Shown: positions 1 through 10,053, numbered from the stretch's first letter. The stretch: DNA of 64,000 bases from Candidatus Micrarchaeota archaeon (GCA_016212475.1 JACRGC010000005.1:157-64156); one strand, 5' to 3'. The notes: generated from the sequence alone by a model not told the origin. Made by a program: numbers and translations.

Positions 1-4
1 TGAA

Positions 5-1471
5 TTGGGAAAAACTGATGGTAAAATTGAAGCACCAATTGAAGCTTTGCCAAAATCCGATATGGAAATCGAATCCAAAATAATTGAAAAGGAAATATCA
101 AAGCAAGAAAAGGAAGTTGATTTGGAAATTGAAGCTGCAAAACTAGATGAGCCAAAGCAGCCTGAACTAATTGCAAAGGAACTTGATTTGAAAACTAAGG
201 AAATGGAAGAAAAATCCCAAGATAAGGAAGTGAAATTTGGGGAAACGGAACGGAAGCCAAAGGATAAAGAAATAAAATCAGTTGGATTGAGGCAAGAAAA
301 CAGGCAAGCCCATCCAATTGCAAAAAAGGAGGAAATTCTTTCGCCAAAAACCGCTGAAAAGTTTGAATTGCCAATGCAAAAGGAGACCGAATCCGAAGAG
401 AAGGAAATCGAAGAATTGGTAGGGGAGACAATTGAAGGGAACATAAGGAAGGATGCAAAATTAGCCGAAAAAATAATCAATGAAAACAAGGCGAAGGAGG
501 AAATTTCCAAAAAGGTGTTTTCAAGCGGGAGGGAGGAGTTTTTGGCAGCCGGAAAGGATCGGGACCTTAAGCCAAAAATTGGAATTTTCTCCCAACTCAA
601 GGGATTTTTCACGGGAGATATTGAAATAAAGGAATCCGATACTCGCGAACTATTCGACCAATTCGAACTTGCATTGATGGAAAGCGATGTCTCGTACCAA
701 ACCTCGCAGGCGCTTGTTTCCGATTTGAAAAGCCGGCTTATTGGGAAAAAAGTAAGGTCAGGCAAAATCCAAGAGGAAGTCAGGCGGGAAATCGCATTCG
801 CGCTTGCATCGATTTTCCAAACATCAAAAAGCAGCTTTTATGAAAAAATCAATGAAAGCAAATCCAAAAGCCAATTGCCATTCATAGTCTTGTTCCTTGG
901 CCCGAATGGGATGGGGAAAACAACTACAATTGCAAAAATTGCGCATAACCTGAAAAAGCGCGGGATTACATCCGTAATTTCAGCCAGCGACACGTTCAGG
1001 GCAGCTGCAATTGAGCAATCCGTAATACATGGCGAAAAATTGGGAATTAAAATTATCAAGCACACCTATGGATCGGATCCGGCAGCTGTTGCATTTGATG
1101 CGATAAATTATGCCAAATCGCACGGTATCGATGTTGTGCTAATTGATACGGCAGGCAGGCAGGATACGAACATTAATTTGCTCATGGAGATGCAAAAAAT
1201 CGTGCGGGTTGTAAAGCCTAGCCTTAAGGTATTCATTGCCGAGGCAATTGCGGGCTCATCGCTTGTAAACCAGGTAAGGACTTTCAATGAAAAGCTTGGG
1301 CTTGATGGGATTGTCCTAACAAAGCTCGATTGCGATGCCAAGGGCGGAGGAAGCCTAAGCATCGCATACGAATGCAAACTGCCGGTGTATTTTGTTGGAG
1401 TTGGGCAAGGATATGATGATTTATTGGAATTCAACGAGGAGTGGATCATCAAAAACATTATGGCGGAATAA
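5..1471 (+). CDS. ftsY: Signal recognition particle receptor FtsY (SRP54-type GTPase). N-terminal ~170 aa is KE-rich low-complexity A-domain. May be 5'-truncated by the window edge.
   Basis: GTPase motifs GPNGMGKTTT (G1), DTAGRQ (G3), TKLDCDAKGG (G4/G5 region). The ORF is open to window position 2, so the true start may lie upstream. Confidence 0.85.
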   Translation: MGKTDGKIEAPIEALPKSDMEIESKIIEKEISKQEKEVDLEIEAAKLDEPKQPELIAKELDLKTKEMEEKSQDKEVKFGETERKPKDKEIKSVGLRQENRQAHPIAKKEEILSPKTAEKFELPMQKETESEEKEIEELVGETIEGNIRKDAKLAEKIINENKAKEEISKKVFSSGREEFLAAGKDRDLKPKIGIFSQLKGFFTGDIEIKESDTRELFDQFELALMESDVSYQTSQALVSDLKSRLIGKKVRSGKIQEEVRREIAFALASIFQTSKSSFYEKINESKSKSQLPFIVLFLGPNGMGKTTTIAKIAHNLKKRGITSVISASDTFRAAAIEQSVIHGEKLGIKIIKHTYGSDPAAVAFDAINYAKSHGIDVVLIDTAGRQDTNINLLMEMQKIVRVVKPSLKVFIAEAIAGSSLVNQVRTFNEKLGLDGIVLTKLDCDAKGGGSLSIAYECKLPVYFVGVGQGYDDLLEFNEEWIIKNIMAE

Positions 1472-1578
1472 GGATTAAGAATTGAAAAGCGTTTGGAAAA
1501 GAATCCATTTGACTGGAAAAAATGCACATGGAAGAAAATTCGTCTGATTTGGAAAATATGCATGCAGGGTAATTCAAA

Positions 1579-1914
1579 ATGATGCGCGAAAAACGAAGAT
1601 ACTTGGAATTTTCAGTGGTTTCGGATAGGAAATTTGCAAAGGAGGAAGCAAAGCACATGCTATACGAGGCGGTTTTTTCACTGATTGGGGAGGAGGGCGC
1701 ATCAAAAGCAGCGGTCCAATTGAAGGCATTCGAAACACAAAAGCAACTTTTGCTGGTTAAATGCGCTTTGGCATCTCAAAACCCGGTTATTTCGGCCCTT
1801 GCCTTGAAAACCTCCTTTAAGGGCGAGAAAGTTTCTCTTCATTTCCAAAAAATCTACGGAACCCTTGAAAAGGCAAAGGCGGAATTTCCATCCCTTAAGG
1901 ATGAAAAGTTCTGA
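1579..1914 (+). CDS. rnp2: RNase P protein subunit Pop5/Rnp2-like
   Basis: 111 aa. N-terminal KRRYLEF motif matches the archaeal Pop5 KNRYIAF start. Size and position are typical. Confidence 0.5.
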   Translation: MMREKRRYLEFSVVSDRKFAKEEAKHMLYEAVFSLIGEEGASKAAVQLKAFETQKQLLLVKCALASQNPVISALALKTSFKGEKVSLHFQKIYGTLEKAKAEFPSLKDEKF

Positions 1915-2043
1915 TTGATGTTTTGGAAATAGCTGAAAAATCCTGAATGATTGGAAATAAATAAAATTCCGAACTGATTTTCCTGCATTCAACTCATTTT
2001 TCCTAATCGAAAGGGTAAAAAATGCCCTAAACAAAATAAATTC

Positions 2044-2724
2044 ATGAAATTTTCATTCCTTTTGGCATTTCTAATTATTGCAAACACGGCAATTGCGGCT
2101 AATTTCCAAAACTATGATCCGGACACTATTATTGTCACGGATGTGATTCCACAGGTCAATATTCCACCTGCATTCAAATCAAATCTGGCAACGGATTATC
2201 TGGCGGATTTGAGATGCACAAATTATGTTTCAAGGCAGGAATGCGAGAACATAAAAGATTACATACGGGCTTTTGCGAATACTAATTTCCCAAGATCTTG
2301 CGAGGGAAAAATAACTCGGGATTATCTGTCTGCTGTTTATTATTGGCAAATATATGCCGAAAGCTCGTTCAATAGAAACGGTTATGAGTCAAATGGAAAA
2401 TCTTATGGACTTGCGCAATTTATTCAGGAAACAGCAAACGCGTATAAACTCTACGATAGGTTTGATGATCGGGAAAACATCAGGGCGCAATCTGAATACA
2501 TGAAAGATATTCTCAATATGCAACATGTAAAATGCAATTTGCCTTTAGGGATTGCAGCCTATAACACCGGGCCATACAATAAGGTAATCAAGCAAGGAAC
2601 GATACCAAATGTAATCAGACTCCCTTCAGGCGATGAAGCTAGGCCGGGCAGCTATGTCAGGAGAATTTTCACCAACGTTGAGTCTACCACTAAATTGCCA
2701 GTGGAATACCCGCAATTTGTTTAG
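2044..2724 (+). CDS. Secreted lytic-transglycosylase (SLT)/lysozyme-like protein
   Basis: N-terminal signal peptide (MKFSFLLAFLIIANTAIAA). Motif AESSFNRNGYESNGKSYGLAQF fits the SLT catalytic-Glu motif ES...S..GA.GLMQ. Confidence 0.45.
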   Translation: MKFSFLLAFLIIANTAIAANFQNYDPDTIIVTDVIPQVNIPPAFKSNLATDYLADLRCTNYVSRQECENIKDYIRAFANTNFPRSCEGKITRDYLSAVYYWQIYAESSFNRNGYESNGKSYGLAQFIQETANAYKLYDRFDDRENIRAQSEYMKDILNMQHVKCNLPLGIAAYNTGPYNKVIKQGTIPNVIRLPSGDEARPGSYVRRIFTNVESTTKLPVEYPQFV

Positions 2725-2750
2725 TAGAAAAAAACTAGTTCTTAAGGAAT

Positions 2751-3722
2751 TTATTTTTTCCCAAGCAGCATGATCTGCGCAAGCAAGGCTTCAAGCTGGA
2801 TCCTCTCGTTTGCGCCCTCAACCATCCTGAAATCATATTCGCCGACCTTATCCACCAGGAATACTTTTTCCTTATCCGGGATTTCCATTGCGGTTATTTC
2901 CCTAAATATCTGAAGAATTACCTCTTCTCCGGACATCCCATATTTTAGCATGATTTCGTCAAGAAGCTTCCTTGCCTCGAGGAACTTTCCGCCAAGCGCC
3001 GCTTGGACCATTTTTTCAACTTCTTCGGGCCTTGCCCTGCTGGCAATTTTGAAAATTTCCTCGCTGGTTACTTTGCTGGATAAGGATGCTGCGCCTTGCA
3101 AGGTATTGATCAGCTTCCTTGCATCCCCCTCCGAAACATAAACAAGGGCGTCTTCGGCTTTTGCATCAATTGATAGCGATTCGGTTTTTGCAATTTGCAA
3201 AATCATTTTCTTAAGATCTTCCGTTTGCAGGCGGGAAAACCTAAAAACCGCGCATCTGCTTTGGATGGGCTCGAGTATTCTTGAGGAGTAATTGCACGAT
3301 AGGATGAACCTAGTAGTTGTCGAATATTTTTCCATGGTCCTTCGAAGCGCCTGCTGCGCATCGGCCGTTAGCGCATCGGCTTCATCCAGGAAAATTACCT
3401 TGAATGGAACGGATGTCAGTGAAAGCGTGCGCGCAAAATCCTTGATTTTTGTTCTGACAACATCGATCCCCCTTTCATCCGATGCATTAAGCTCAAGGAA
3501 GCATTGGCTGAAATTCTCCCCGAATAAATCATGCGCCATTGCTAGAGCGCAGGATGTTTTTCCAGAGCCTGCTGGTCCAGCTAGCAATAAATGAGGAGGA
3601 TTCTTGTTTTTGACAAAAGCTTCAAGCTGGCGCACAATCACTTCATTGCCGGCAACTTCAGAAAGTGTCTTTGGGCGGAATTTTTCAACCCATGGAATAA
3701 AATCGCTCATGATGACCAACAC
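2751..3722 (-). CDS. rfcS: Replication factor C small subunit
   Basis: Walker A GPAGSGKTS, Walker B FLDEADAL, SRC motif (QSRCAVFRF). The start may be the internal Met at 3710. Confidence 0.9.
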   Translation of the reverse strand: MLVIMSDFIPWVEKFRPKTLSEVAGNEVIVRQLEAFVKNKNPPHLLLAGPAGSGKTSCALAMAHDLFGENFSQCFLELNASDERGIDVVRTKIKDFARTLSLTSVPFKVIFLDEADALTADAQQALRRTMEKYSTTTRFILSCNYSSRILEPIQSRCAVFRFSRLQTEDLKKMILQIAKTESLSIDAKAEDALVYVSEGDARKLINTLQGAASLSSKVTSEEIFKIASRARPEEVEKMVQAALGGKFLEARKLLDEIMLKYGMSGEEVILQIFREITAMEIPDKEKVFLVDKVGEYDFRMVEGANERIQLEALLAQIMLLGKK

Positions 3723-3806
3723 CCAAAAATGAAAAGAAAATTATTAAAATGAATCGGATTATGCTTCTTCAAAATGAAACTCAATATCGCCTAATTGAAA
3801 AATACC

Positions 3807-4331
3807 CTATTTTGATTTTTTCCTTTTGCGAAGTACAAGTATTGCTGCAAGCATTATTAATGGAAGGAAAACCGGGTTGAATTCCGGAACAACGAAATTT
3901 CCCTGGAAGTTTGCGCGCTTGACCATGCAAGTTTGCCTAGCTGAAACCGTATTTGCTAGGTTCCAAATTTCAGCTGTGATGTTGTATTCCTTTTGCACTG
4001 GCGAGGAAATTGTTATTTTCCAAACTCCCGGATTCACATTGTTATCGCAAGTGCAGGCAACAACGTCATCCCCAAGCCCATCGACAGTGACATTTAGGCG
4101 GTAAACGTCTATTGTTTTGATATTGCATTGTACATAATCGCTGGCAAAAATTGGATCAACAGTTCCGCAATCGGCCCTTGGAGGAGTATTGATGAAGGTA
4201 TTTGCGGTGATGTTTGTAAAATCAGCTGTGAGGACAGTTGGGCAGCTCATGAAAAGCGCATCCGCCGATGCATGCGAGGCTAAAGCTAATACTAGGAGTA
4301 AAGTAGCAAAGAATAGTTTTGACATGACCAA
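3807..4331 (-). CDS. Secreted Cys-containing protein with a PEF-CTERM-like archaeosortase sorting signal
   Basis: Signal peptide. C-terminal tripartite signal: VPEF, a hydrophobic helix (NPVFLPLIMLAAILVL), then the basic cluster RKRKKSK. Confidence 0.5.
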   Translation of the reverse strand: MVMSKLFFATLLLVLALASHASADALFMSCPTVLTADFTNITANTFINTPPRADCGTVDPIFASDYVQCNIKTIDVYRLNVTVDGLGDDVVACTCDNNVNPGVWKITISSPVQKEYNITAEIWNLANTVSARQTCMVKRANFQGNFVVPEFNPVFLPLIMLAAILVLRKRKKSK

Positions 4332-4476
4332 AAGAGGCAGCTGGGATATTTAAAGTTTACAGCTCGCCTACCCTGCGCTTTAGCTTCTTCCTTAATCTGC
4401 GCATTTTCTTCCTAATCCACTTCCATCTCATTTTCCCCTTTTTTTTCTGGGAAAACACCTAAAATTTTAAGCATTT

Positions 4477-5286
4477 TCATTCCATTTTCGGGGACGGGAA
4501 CCCATGATTCACACCTCTTAAAATATTCATTTTTTCCTCTATCTTGTTAACAATTGATTTTGGATCGCGCTTAATTTCCGCTTCCCAAAACCTTAAAACA
4601 GTCCATCCTTTATCCCGAAGAAGGTTATTAATCCTTTCATCTTTTTCCAAAACATCCTTCCTGCGATGCCAATAATCGCCGTCAAGGAAAATTGCAAGTT
4701 TAAAGTCGGGAAATGCCTTATCTGCCTGACAACGCCCAAGTATGGAAAAATGCTTGTAATGGCCAATTTCCCTTGCCGAAAGTTCATCTTCAATTGCCCT
4801 TTCGATGGAAGTGTCCTTGGTTGGAAGCACTTGTTTTAACCTATGGTTTCGAAGCTTGGAAATTAAATCCGGCGATCTTGCAAGCATTTTGCTCCGCCCG
4901 ATGGATATATGAGCCTTATGGATGGGCGATTTTTGTTTTCCCCTAAAAACATCGCTTTTTGACCGGATTGAAATGCTATGCGACTTCAATATATGGGCAG
5001 CTTTTTTCCGATTGATTCTAAATTTAATTGCAACATCGGTTATGGAAACATCACTATAGGAATAACCCAAAATAAGCTCCCTTGCAAGCTCATTTGGATA
5101 AATCCGCTTTTTCCGGATTTCCCAGGATTCTGAGGAATTTCGGGCATGTATTTTATGAAATTTCATAAGTTTCAAAACTGTTTTGGGATCTATCGATAGC
5201 AATTGGGATATTTCCCTAATTGAGAGCAGTTCATAGGAATATAGAAAAGCTAAATCCTGTTTGCCAATTTCGATCTTTTTCATCAT
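4477..5286 (-). CDS. DUF559/Vsr-like endonuclease-fold protein with N-terminal repeated HTH modules
   Basis: C-terminal domain (..FLDGDYWHRRKD..WTVLRFWEAEI..) resembles DUF559 restriction-endonuclease-like domains. Two to three HTH-like repeats lie upstream. Confidence 0.45.
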   Translation of the reverse strand: MMKKIEIGKQDLAFLYSYELLSIREISQLLSIDPKTVLKLMKFHKIHARNSSESWEIRKKRIYPNELARELILGYSYSDVSITDVAIKFRINRKKAAHILKSHSISIRSKSDVFRGKQKSPIHKAHISIGRSKMLARSPDLISKLRNHRLKQVLPTKDTSIERAIEDELSAREIGHYKHFSILGRCQADKAFPDFKLAIFLDGDYWHRRKDVLEKDERINNLLRDKGWTVLRFWEAEIKRDPKSIVNKIEEKMNILRGVNHGFPSPKME

Positions 5287-5444
5287 TCTTTGGGGTATTT
5301 TTTCTTTTAAATCGTTTTTTAGGGGTGGGTTCGGGTGAAGGGAATAAATATATACGTATCAGAACAAATTGAAGGGGGATTGAAAGGAATAATGGGAGGC
5401 TCTAAACGACTAATACGGGCAATCCAACCAAAAGGTGTTTTGAA

Positions 5445-6698
5445 ATGAAATATTCTGTTAAAGATATAAAAATGGCAGATAGCGGAAAAAGAAAAATCGA
5501 ATTCGCGCAGGAGCACATGCCAGTACTTATGAAAATCCGCGAGCGCTACAAAAAGGAACTCCCATTGAAGGGAATTAGGATTTCAGCTTGCCTTCATGTT
5601 ACCAAGGAAACTGCGGTTTTGGTTGGGACGCTTCGGGCCGGAGGAGCGCACGTAGCCCTTTGCGCATCAAACCCGCTTAGCACGCAAGATGATGTTGCAG
5701 CAGCCCTTGCGCAGGATGGGTTTGAAGTTTTTGCAGTCAGGGGGGCAACAAATGAAGATTACTACAAGCAATTGAATGCAACACTAGATATTGCGCCACA
5801 CATCACACTTGATGATGGAGCGGATCTTATCAATGCAATCCACACAAAAAGAAGCGAACTGCTAAAGAATGTGATTGGAGGGCAGGAAGAAACTACAACC
5901 GGAGTCATAAGATTAAGAGCCATGGCAAAGGAGGGGCAGTTGAAATATCCGGTAATTGCAGTGAACGACACCCCAACAAAACACATGTTTGACAATTACT
6001 ATGGAACTGGCGCTTCTACGCTGGATGGGATAATGCGCGCAACCAATATTTTGCTAGCTGGAAAGGTGTTTGTTGTTGCAGGATATGGGTTTTGCGGCAA
6101 AGGAGTCGCAAACAGGGCGCAAGGAATGGGCGCAAAGGTCATTGTGACTGAAATCGACCCTGTCGAAGCGCTTCGGGCTCACATGGATGGATTTTCAGTC
6201 ATGACTATGAATGAAGCTGCAAAACTTGGGGATATTTTTGTAACCGTAACCGGATGCAAGGACGTTTTGACGCCAAAACACTTTGAGCTCATGAAAGAGG
6301 GCGCAATTCTTGCAAATTCAGGCCATTTTGATGTTGAAATCGATGTCAAGGGACTTAGGATAATTGCAAAAAAGGTAGAATTGGTTAGAGATAATCTGGA
6401 AAAATATTCACTTCCAAACGGAAGGCACATATACCTGATTGGGGAAGGAAGGCTTGTGAATTTGGCAGCGGCGGAAGGGCATAGTTCGGAGGTGATGGAC
6501 CTATCTTTTAGCGACCAAGCCCTAGTTTCCGAGCACATTGTAAAAAATGCAAAATCATTCAAGCCCGGCGTTTATGAAGTGCCAAAGGATCTGGACGATT
6601 GGGTGGCAAAACTTAAGCTTGAAACTTTGGGCGCGGATCTGGAAGTGCTAACGCCAGGGCAAAGAAAATACCTGGATAGCTGGCAGGAAGGAACTTGA
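5445..6698 (+). CDS. ahcY: S-adenosyl-L-homocysteine hydrolase
   Basis: 417 aa. N-terminal YSVKDIKMADSGKRKIEFAQEHMPVLM and NAD-binding GYGFCGKGVA are SAHH hallmarks. Confidence 0.9.
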   Translation: MKYSVKDIKMADSGKRKIEFAQEHMPVLMKIRERYKKELPLKGIRISACLHVTKETAVLVGTLRAGGAHVALCASNPLSTQDDVAAALAQDGFEVFAVRGATNEDYYKQLNATLDIAPHITLDDGADLINAIHTKRSELLKNVIGGQEETTTGVIRLRAMAKEGQLKYPVIAVNDTPTKHMFDNYYGTGASTLDGIMRATNILLAGKVFVVAGYGFCGKGVANRAQGMGAKVIVTEIDPVEALRAHMDGFSVMTMNEAAKLGDIFVTVTGCKDVLTPKHFELMKEGAILANSGHFDVEIDVKGLRIIAKKVELVRDNLEKYSLPNGRHIYLIGEGRLVNLAAAEGHSSEVMDLSFSDQALVSEHIVKNAKSFKPGVYEVPKDLDDWVAKLKLETLGADLEVLTPGQRKYLDSWQEGT

Positions 6699-6845
6699 CT
6701 GCCATTTTAGAGCTAAACAATACCATTTAAATACTTTTTTTATGTAGTTTAGATGGAGATTCTGATTTTTGGCGCATAGCCGAAAAATAACACTAGTTTC
6801 AGTCGTTAGTGATTAGCCGACCTGGAATAATTTGGGGGGAATATC

Positions 6846-7181
6846 ATGAAATCGCACCAAGAAATCAACGAAAAGGCGTTTTCCAAGAATTTGGATGATT
6901 TGAAGGAAGCTGAAAAAATGCACATGGAAGAAATTCTAAAGGCACAAAGGCGAAAAGAAGCCCAGATTGCTGGGGCTAGGGAATCCATTTTGAAAACAAA
7001 GGAGGAGGAGGATGCGGAAATTTTAGATGAAAAGAAAAAAACCATAAGCCAGGGAATCAAGGAAATAGATAGGCAAGCAGCCCAAATAATGGAAAAAGCG
7101 GAAAAGGAGGCCCAGAAAATCAGGGATTCTTCATCATCCAAAAAAATCGCGGAAAAACTATTGCCAATAATCATAGAATAA
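6846..7181 (+). CDS. atpH: A-type ATP synthase subunit H (small coiled-coil stator protein)
   Basis: 111-aa charged coiled-coil protein directly upstream of atpI. Assignment rests on the canonical archaeal operon order H-I-K-E-C-F. Confidence 0.6.
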   Translation: MKSHQEINEKAFSKNLDDLKEAEKMHMEEILKAQRRKEAQIAGARESILKTKEEEDAEILDEKKKTISQGIKEIDRQAAQIMEKAEKEAQKIRDSSSSKKIAEKLLPIIIE

Positions 7182-7196
7182 AAAAAACTGATCTAA

Positions 7197-9083
7197 ATGC
7201 TATCTTTGGAAAAAATGCAAAAGATTAGGGTAATTGCGCCAAGGGATAATTTGCAAAAGGCGATAGATAGCCTATATTCTTTTGGGGCAATCCAGGTGCA
7301 GGAGTGCAAAACAGCCGGTTTGGATCTGCCTTTGGCACAGTTCGAGGAAATTTCATCCATGCTGATTAGGTTACGGGCCGAAGAGAGGTCGCTTTCACTT
7401 AAGGGATCGCCAAAATTCAAGGAGGCGAATTTTTCCGAAATTCGGAAAAACTATGCAGAGCTTGCAATTGCGGACCTTGATTCAAAGCGCAAAATGCTCT
7501 CGGATCTGGAGACCAAGATATCAGAATTGGAAAGCCAAAAAGCGGCCCTTTTGCCGTTTAGGAAATTGAATTTCAATCCGCAGGAATCAAAATCAAGCGG
7601 GGTTTTGCTTAGCTATTTTGAGCCTAGGCCAAAATCCGAAAAACAATTGCAAAACGCCCTTTCAAAAATCCCAAGCGATACGCTTCGGGTTTTGGATGAT
7701 GGGAAAAACTACATGCTTCTTGCCTACGATGTGAGGCAGGCTGAAAAAGTTGCTGCAATTATTTCAAAATACTCATTTGCAATTTTGCCAATTCCGCAAA
7801 TCAAAGGCGGATTTAAAGAAGAGCTTAAATCAATTGAAAAGAAAATATTCGAGCTTCAAATCGAAATTCGGGAAATACGCGAATGGCTGGCGGATTACGT
7901 AAAGCACAAGGGGACGATGCTCCTTAAGATCAAGGAGCAGCTAAAGGTCGCCTCCTTGAAGGCCGAATTGCCATTCAAAATTGGCAAGACCGAAAACTTT
8001 TCAGTTGTCGAAGGATGGATCGAAAGCAGGAACTTTGATGATTTTGAATCCTCACTTGAAAAACTAGGGGCCTTCTTGCTTGAAAAGGTAGAAACCAAGG
8101 AAACGCCCCCATCAAAGCTGAACAACCCCAAACTCATAAGGCCATTTGAATTCATGGTCGAATTCTTTTCACTTCCAAAAAGCTTTGAAATCGACCCGAC
8201 ATTTTTCATATCAATAACCTTCCCGCTGTTTTTTGGGATGATCATGGGCGATATAGGGTATGGGATGCTGGCATTGTTTGCAGCCCTTGCAATAAAATTG
8301 AAATCCAAAGCGGACCTCATGAAAAGGATAGGCGGGATGCTTGCGCTTTCAGCTGTTAGCGCAATATTTTTTGGGGTTATTTTTGGCGAATTCTTCGGGC
8401 TTGAGCACATATTTGGAATCGAATTGCATCCGCTTGTGCATCGGGCAAAGGAAGTTGAGGAGCTGATCAACATTTCACTTCTCCTTGGCGTTTTGCACCT
8501 ATCCCTTGGGTTCATAATCGGGGCATTTACGCAATTTTCAAACGGCCACAAAAAGCACGCTGCTGCAAAAATTTCATGGCTGGTTGTTGAAATCTGCCTG
8601 ATACTTTCAATAATCAATCTAGCAGATGTTTCGCTTTTGCATATTTTTGAGCCGCTTAAGCAATTCATCGGGCTTGCTCCTTCGCTGGTTGGGCTGCTTG
8701 CAGGAATGATAGGAATTGCACTTTTCGAATCTCCAACCCATTTGATGGAACTTCCCTCGCTTCTTTCAAATATTCTCTCATACCTAAGGATCGCAGCGCT
8801 TGGGCTTTCGGGAGTCATTATTTCAATGATCATAAACCAATTGCCAGTTGACTTTGATGGGTTTTTTGCAATGGTTTCGTTCCAGCGCCCATTTGACATG
8901 GGGCTTTTAATTTCATTTGTTTTATTCGGAGGGATGCTCATACTTGGGCATTTGGTTGCCCTTGGGCTTGCAATCTTGGAATCGGGAGTGCAAAGCCTAA
9001 GGCTTCATTACGTTGAATTCTTCTCTAAATTCTATGAGGGCGGAGGTTTGCCTTTTGTCCCCTTAAGGAAGAAGGAGGAATAG
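7197..9083 (+). CDS. atpI: A-type ATP synthase subunit I (a-subunit homologue)
   Basis: 628 aa: N-terminal soluble coiled-coil half and C-terminal multi-TM half. Conserved LSYLRIAALGLS arginine motif. Confidence 0.85.
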   Translation: MLSLEKMQKIRVIAPRDNLQKAIDSLYSFGAIQVQECKTAGLDLPLAQFEEISSMLIRLRAEERSLSLKGSPKFKEANFSEIRKNYAELAIADLDSKRKMLSDLETKISELESQKAALLPFRKLNFNPQESKSSGVLLSYFEPRPKSEKQLQNALSKIPSDTLRVLDDGKNYMLLAYDVRQAEKVAAIISKYSFAILPIPQIKGGFKEELKSIEKKIFELQIEIREIREWLADYVKHKGTMLLKIKEQLKVASLKAELPFKIGKTENFSVVEGWIESRNFDDFESSLEKLGAFLLEKVETKETPPSKLNNPKLIRPFEFMVEFFSLPKSFEIDPTFFISITFPLFFGMIMGDIGYGMLALFAALAIKLKSKADLMKRIGGMLALSAVSAIFFGVIFGEFFGLEHIFGIELHPLVHRAKEVEELINISLLLGVLHLSLGFIIGAFTQFSNGHKKHAAAKISWLVVEICLILSIINLADVSLLHIFEPLKQFIGLAPSLVGLLAGMIGIALFESPTHLMELPSLLSNILSYLRIAALGLSGVIISMIINQLPVDFDGFFAMVSFQRPFDMGLLISFVLFGGMLILGHLVALGLAILESGVQSLRLHYVEFFSKFYEGGGLPFVPLRKKEE

Positions 9084-9251
9084 CTTTAGGATCAGGATTA
9101 ATAATGTAAATGTTGAATAAAAAGATGGAAAACCAAGCATAAAATTTGGCTTGCCCGTTTGATTTTTTTAAATTAAAAGAATCCAAACAAGCATAAAATG
9201 ACATTTTTGATCTTTCCTTAAAACTTAAGGAAGGGATTTAGGTGATTTGAA

Positions 9252-9476
9252 ATGGTTGAATTAGGAACCGGTTTAGTCGCATTGGGCGCAGCAATTGCAG
9301 TCGGGGCTGGAGCAATTGGAACAGCAATGGCCCAGCAATCAATTGGGGCTGCAGGAATGGGGCTTATGGCAGAAAAGGATGGGAAGGAAGGAAACGTGCT
9401 TTTGTTCCTTGCAATCCCGGAAACTTTGGTAATTCTTGGTTTCGTAGTTGCATATCTTATCCTTCAGGTAAAGTAA
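9252..9476 (+). CDS. atpK: A-type ATP synthase proteolipid subunit K (c-subunit)
   Basis: 74 aa, two TM helices, conserved carboxylate in the IPETLVILGF helix. Confidence 0.85.
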   Translation: MVELGTGLVALGAAIAVGAGAIGTAMAQQSIGAAGMGLMAEKDGKEGNVLLFLAIPETLVILGFVVAYLILQVK

Positions 9477-9489
9477 GGGTTTTGAGATT

Positions 9490-10053
9490 ATGGGACTTGA
9501 AGCGCTAAAAGTAGAATTAGCTAAAAAGACGCAATCTGAAAGCTTGCGCATCGATAGCGAAGCTAAAATTGAAATCAAAAGGCTTAGGGAGGAAGCCAAA
9601 AGAGAATACGAAAACAGGAGGGAAACTGCGCAAAATGAGGCAAAGGAATCAATTGCCCGTGAAAAAATGAGGATCCCGGCAGCAAGGCTTAAGGCAAAAC
9701 GGCTCATACAGGATGCAAAATATGAAATTGTAACCGAAGCATTTGAAGAGCTCAAAAAAATGCTTAATGCAAGGATGTCATCTGGAAAAAAAGAATACGA
9801 AAAAATGCTGGATGCGCTGATAAAGGAGGGCCTTGAAGAAATCGGCACTAAGAATGCGATCATTAATGTCAGGAAGCAGGATTTGCAGTTCGCAAAAAAA
9901 TATGGCAAAACTGCGGAAATTTCATGCAGTGGGGGCGCGATAATTTCCTCAGAGGATGGGAAACTTCGAATTAACAACACATTTGAAGCGATTTTGGAAA
10001 AGAAGCGCGAACTTTTGGAGCAAAGCGCTTTTGAAATGCTTAAGGTAAAATAG
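9490..10053 (+). CDS. atpE: A-type ATP synthase subunit E
   Basis: 187 aa with a long N-terminal charged helix and a globular C-terminus. Operon position supports the call. Confidence 0.75.
   Translation: MGLEALKVELAKKTQSESLRIDSEAKIEIKRLREEAKREYENRRETAQNEAKESIAREKMRIPAARLKAKRLIQDAKYEIVTEAFEELKKMLNARMSSGKKEYEKMLDALIKEGLEEIGTKNAIINVRKQDLQFAKKYGKTAEISCSGGAIISSEDGKLRINNTFEAILEKKRELLEQSAFEMLKVK

Noticed and set aside
195-1658. Minus-strand ORFs (195..458, 838..1065, 1108..1563, 1458..1658) overlapping ftsY
   Set aside because: They are antisense shadows of a well-supported GTPase gene, with low-complexity translations and no motifs.
7895-8941. 348-aa minus-strand ORF inside atpI
   Set aside because: It is entirely antisense to the conserved A-ATPase subunit I. 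The composition is Ser/Pro-rich without motifs, typical of a shadow ORF.
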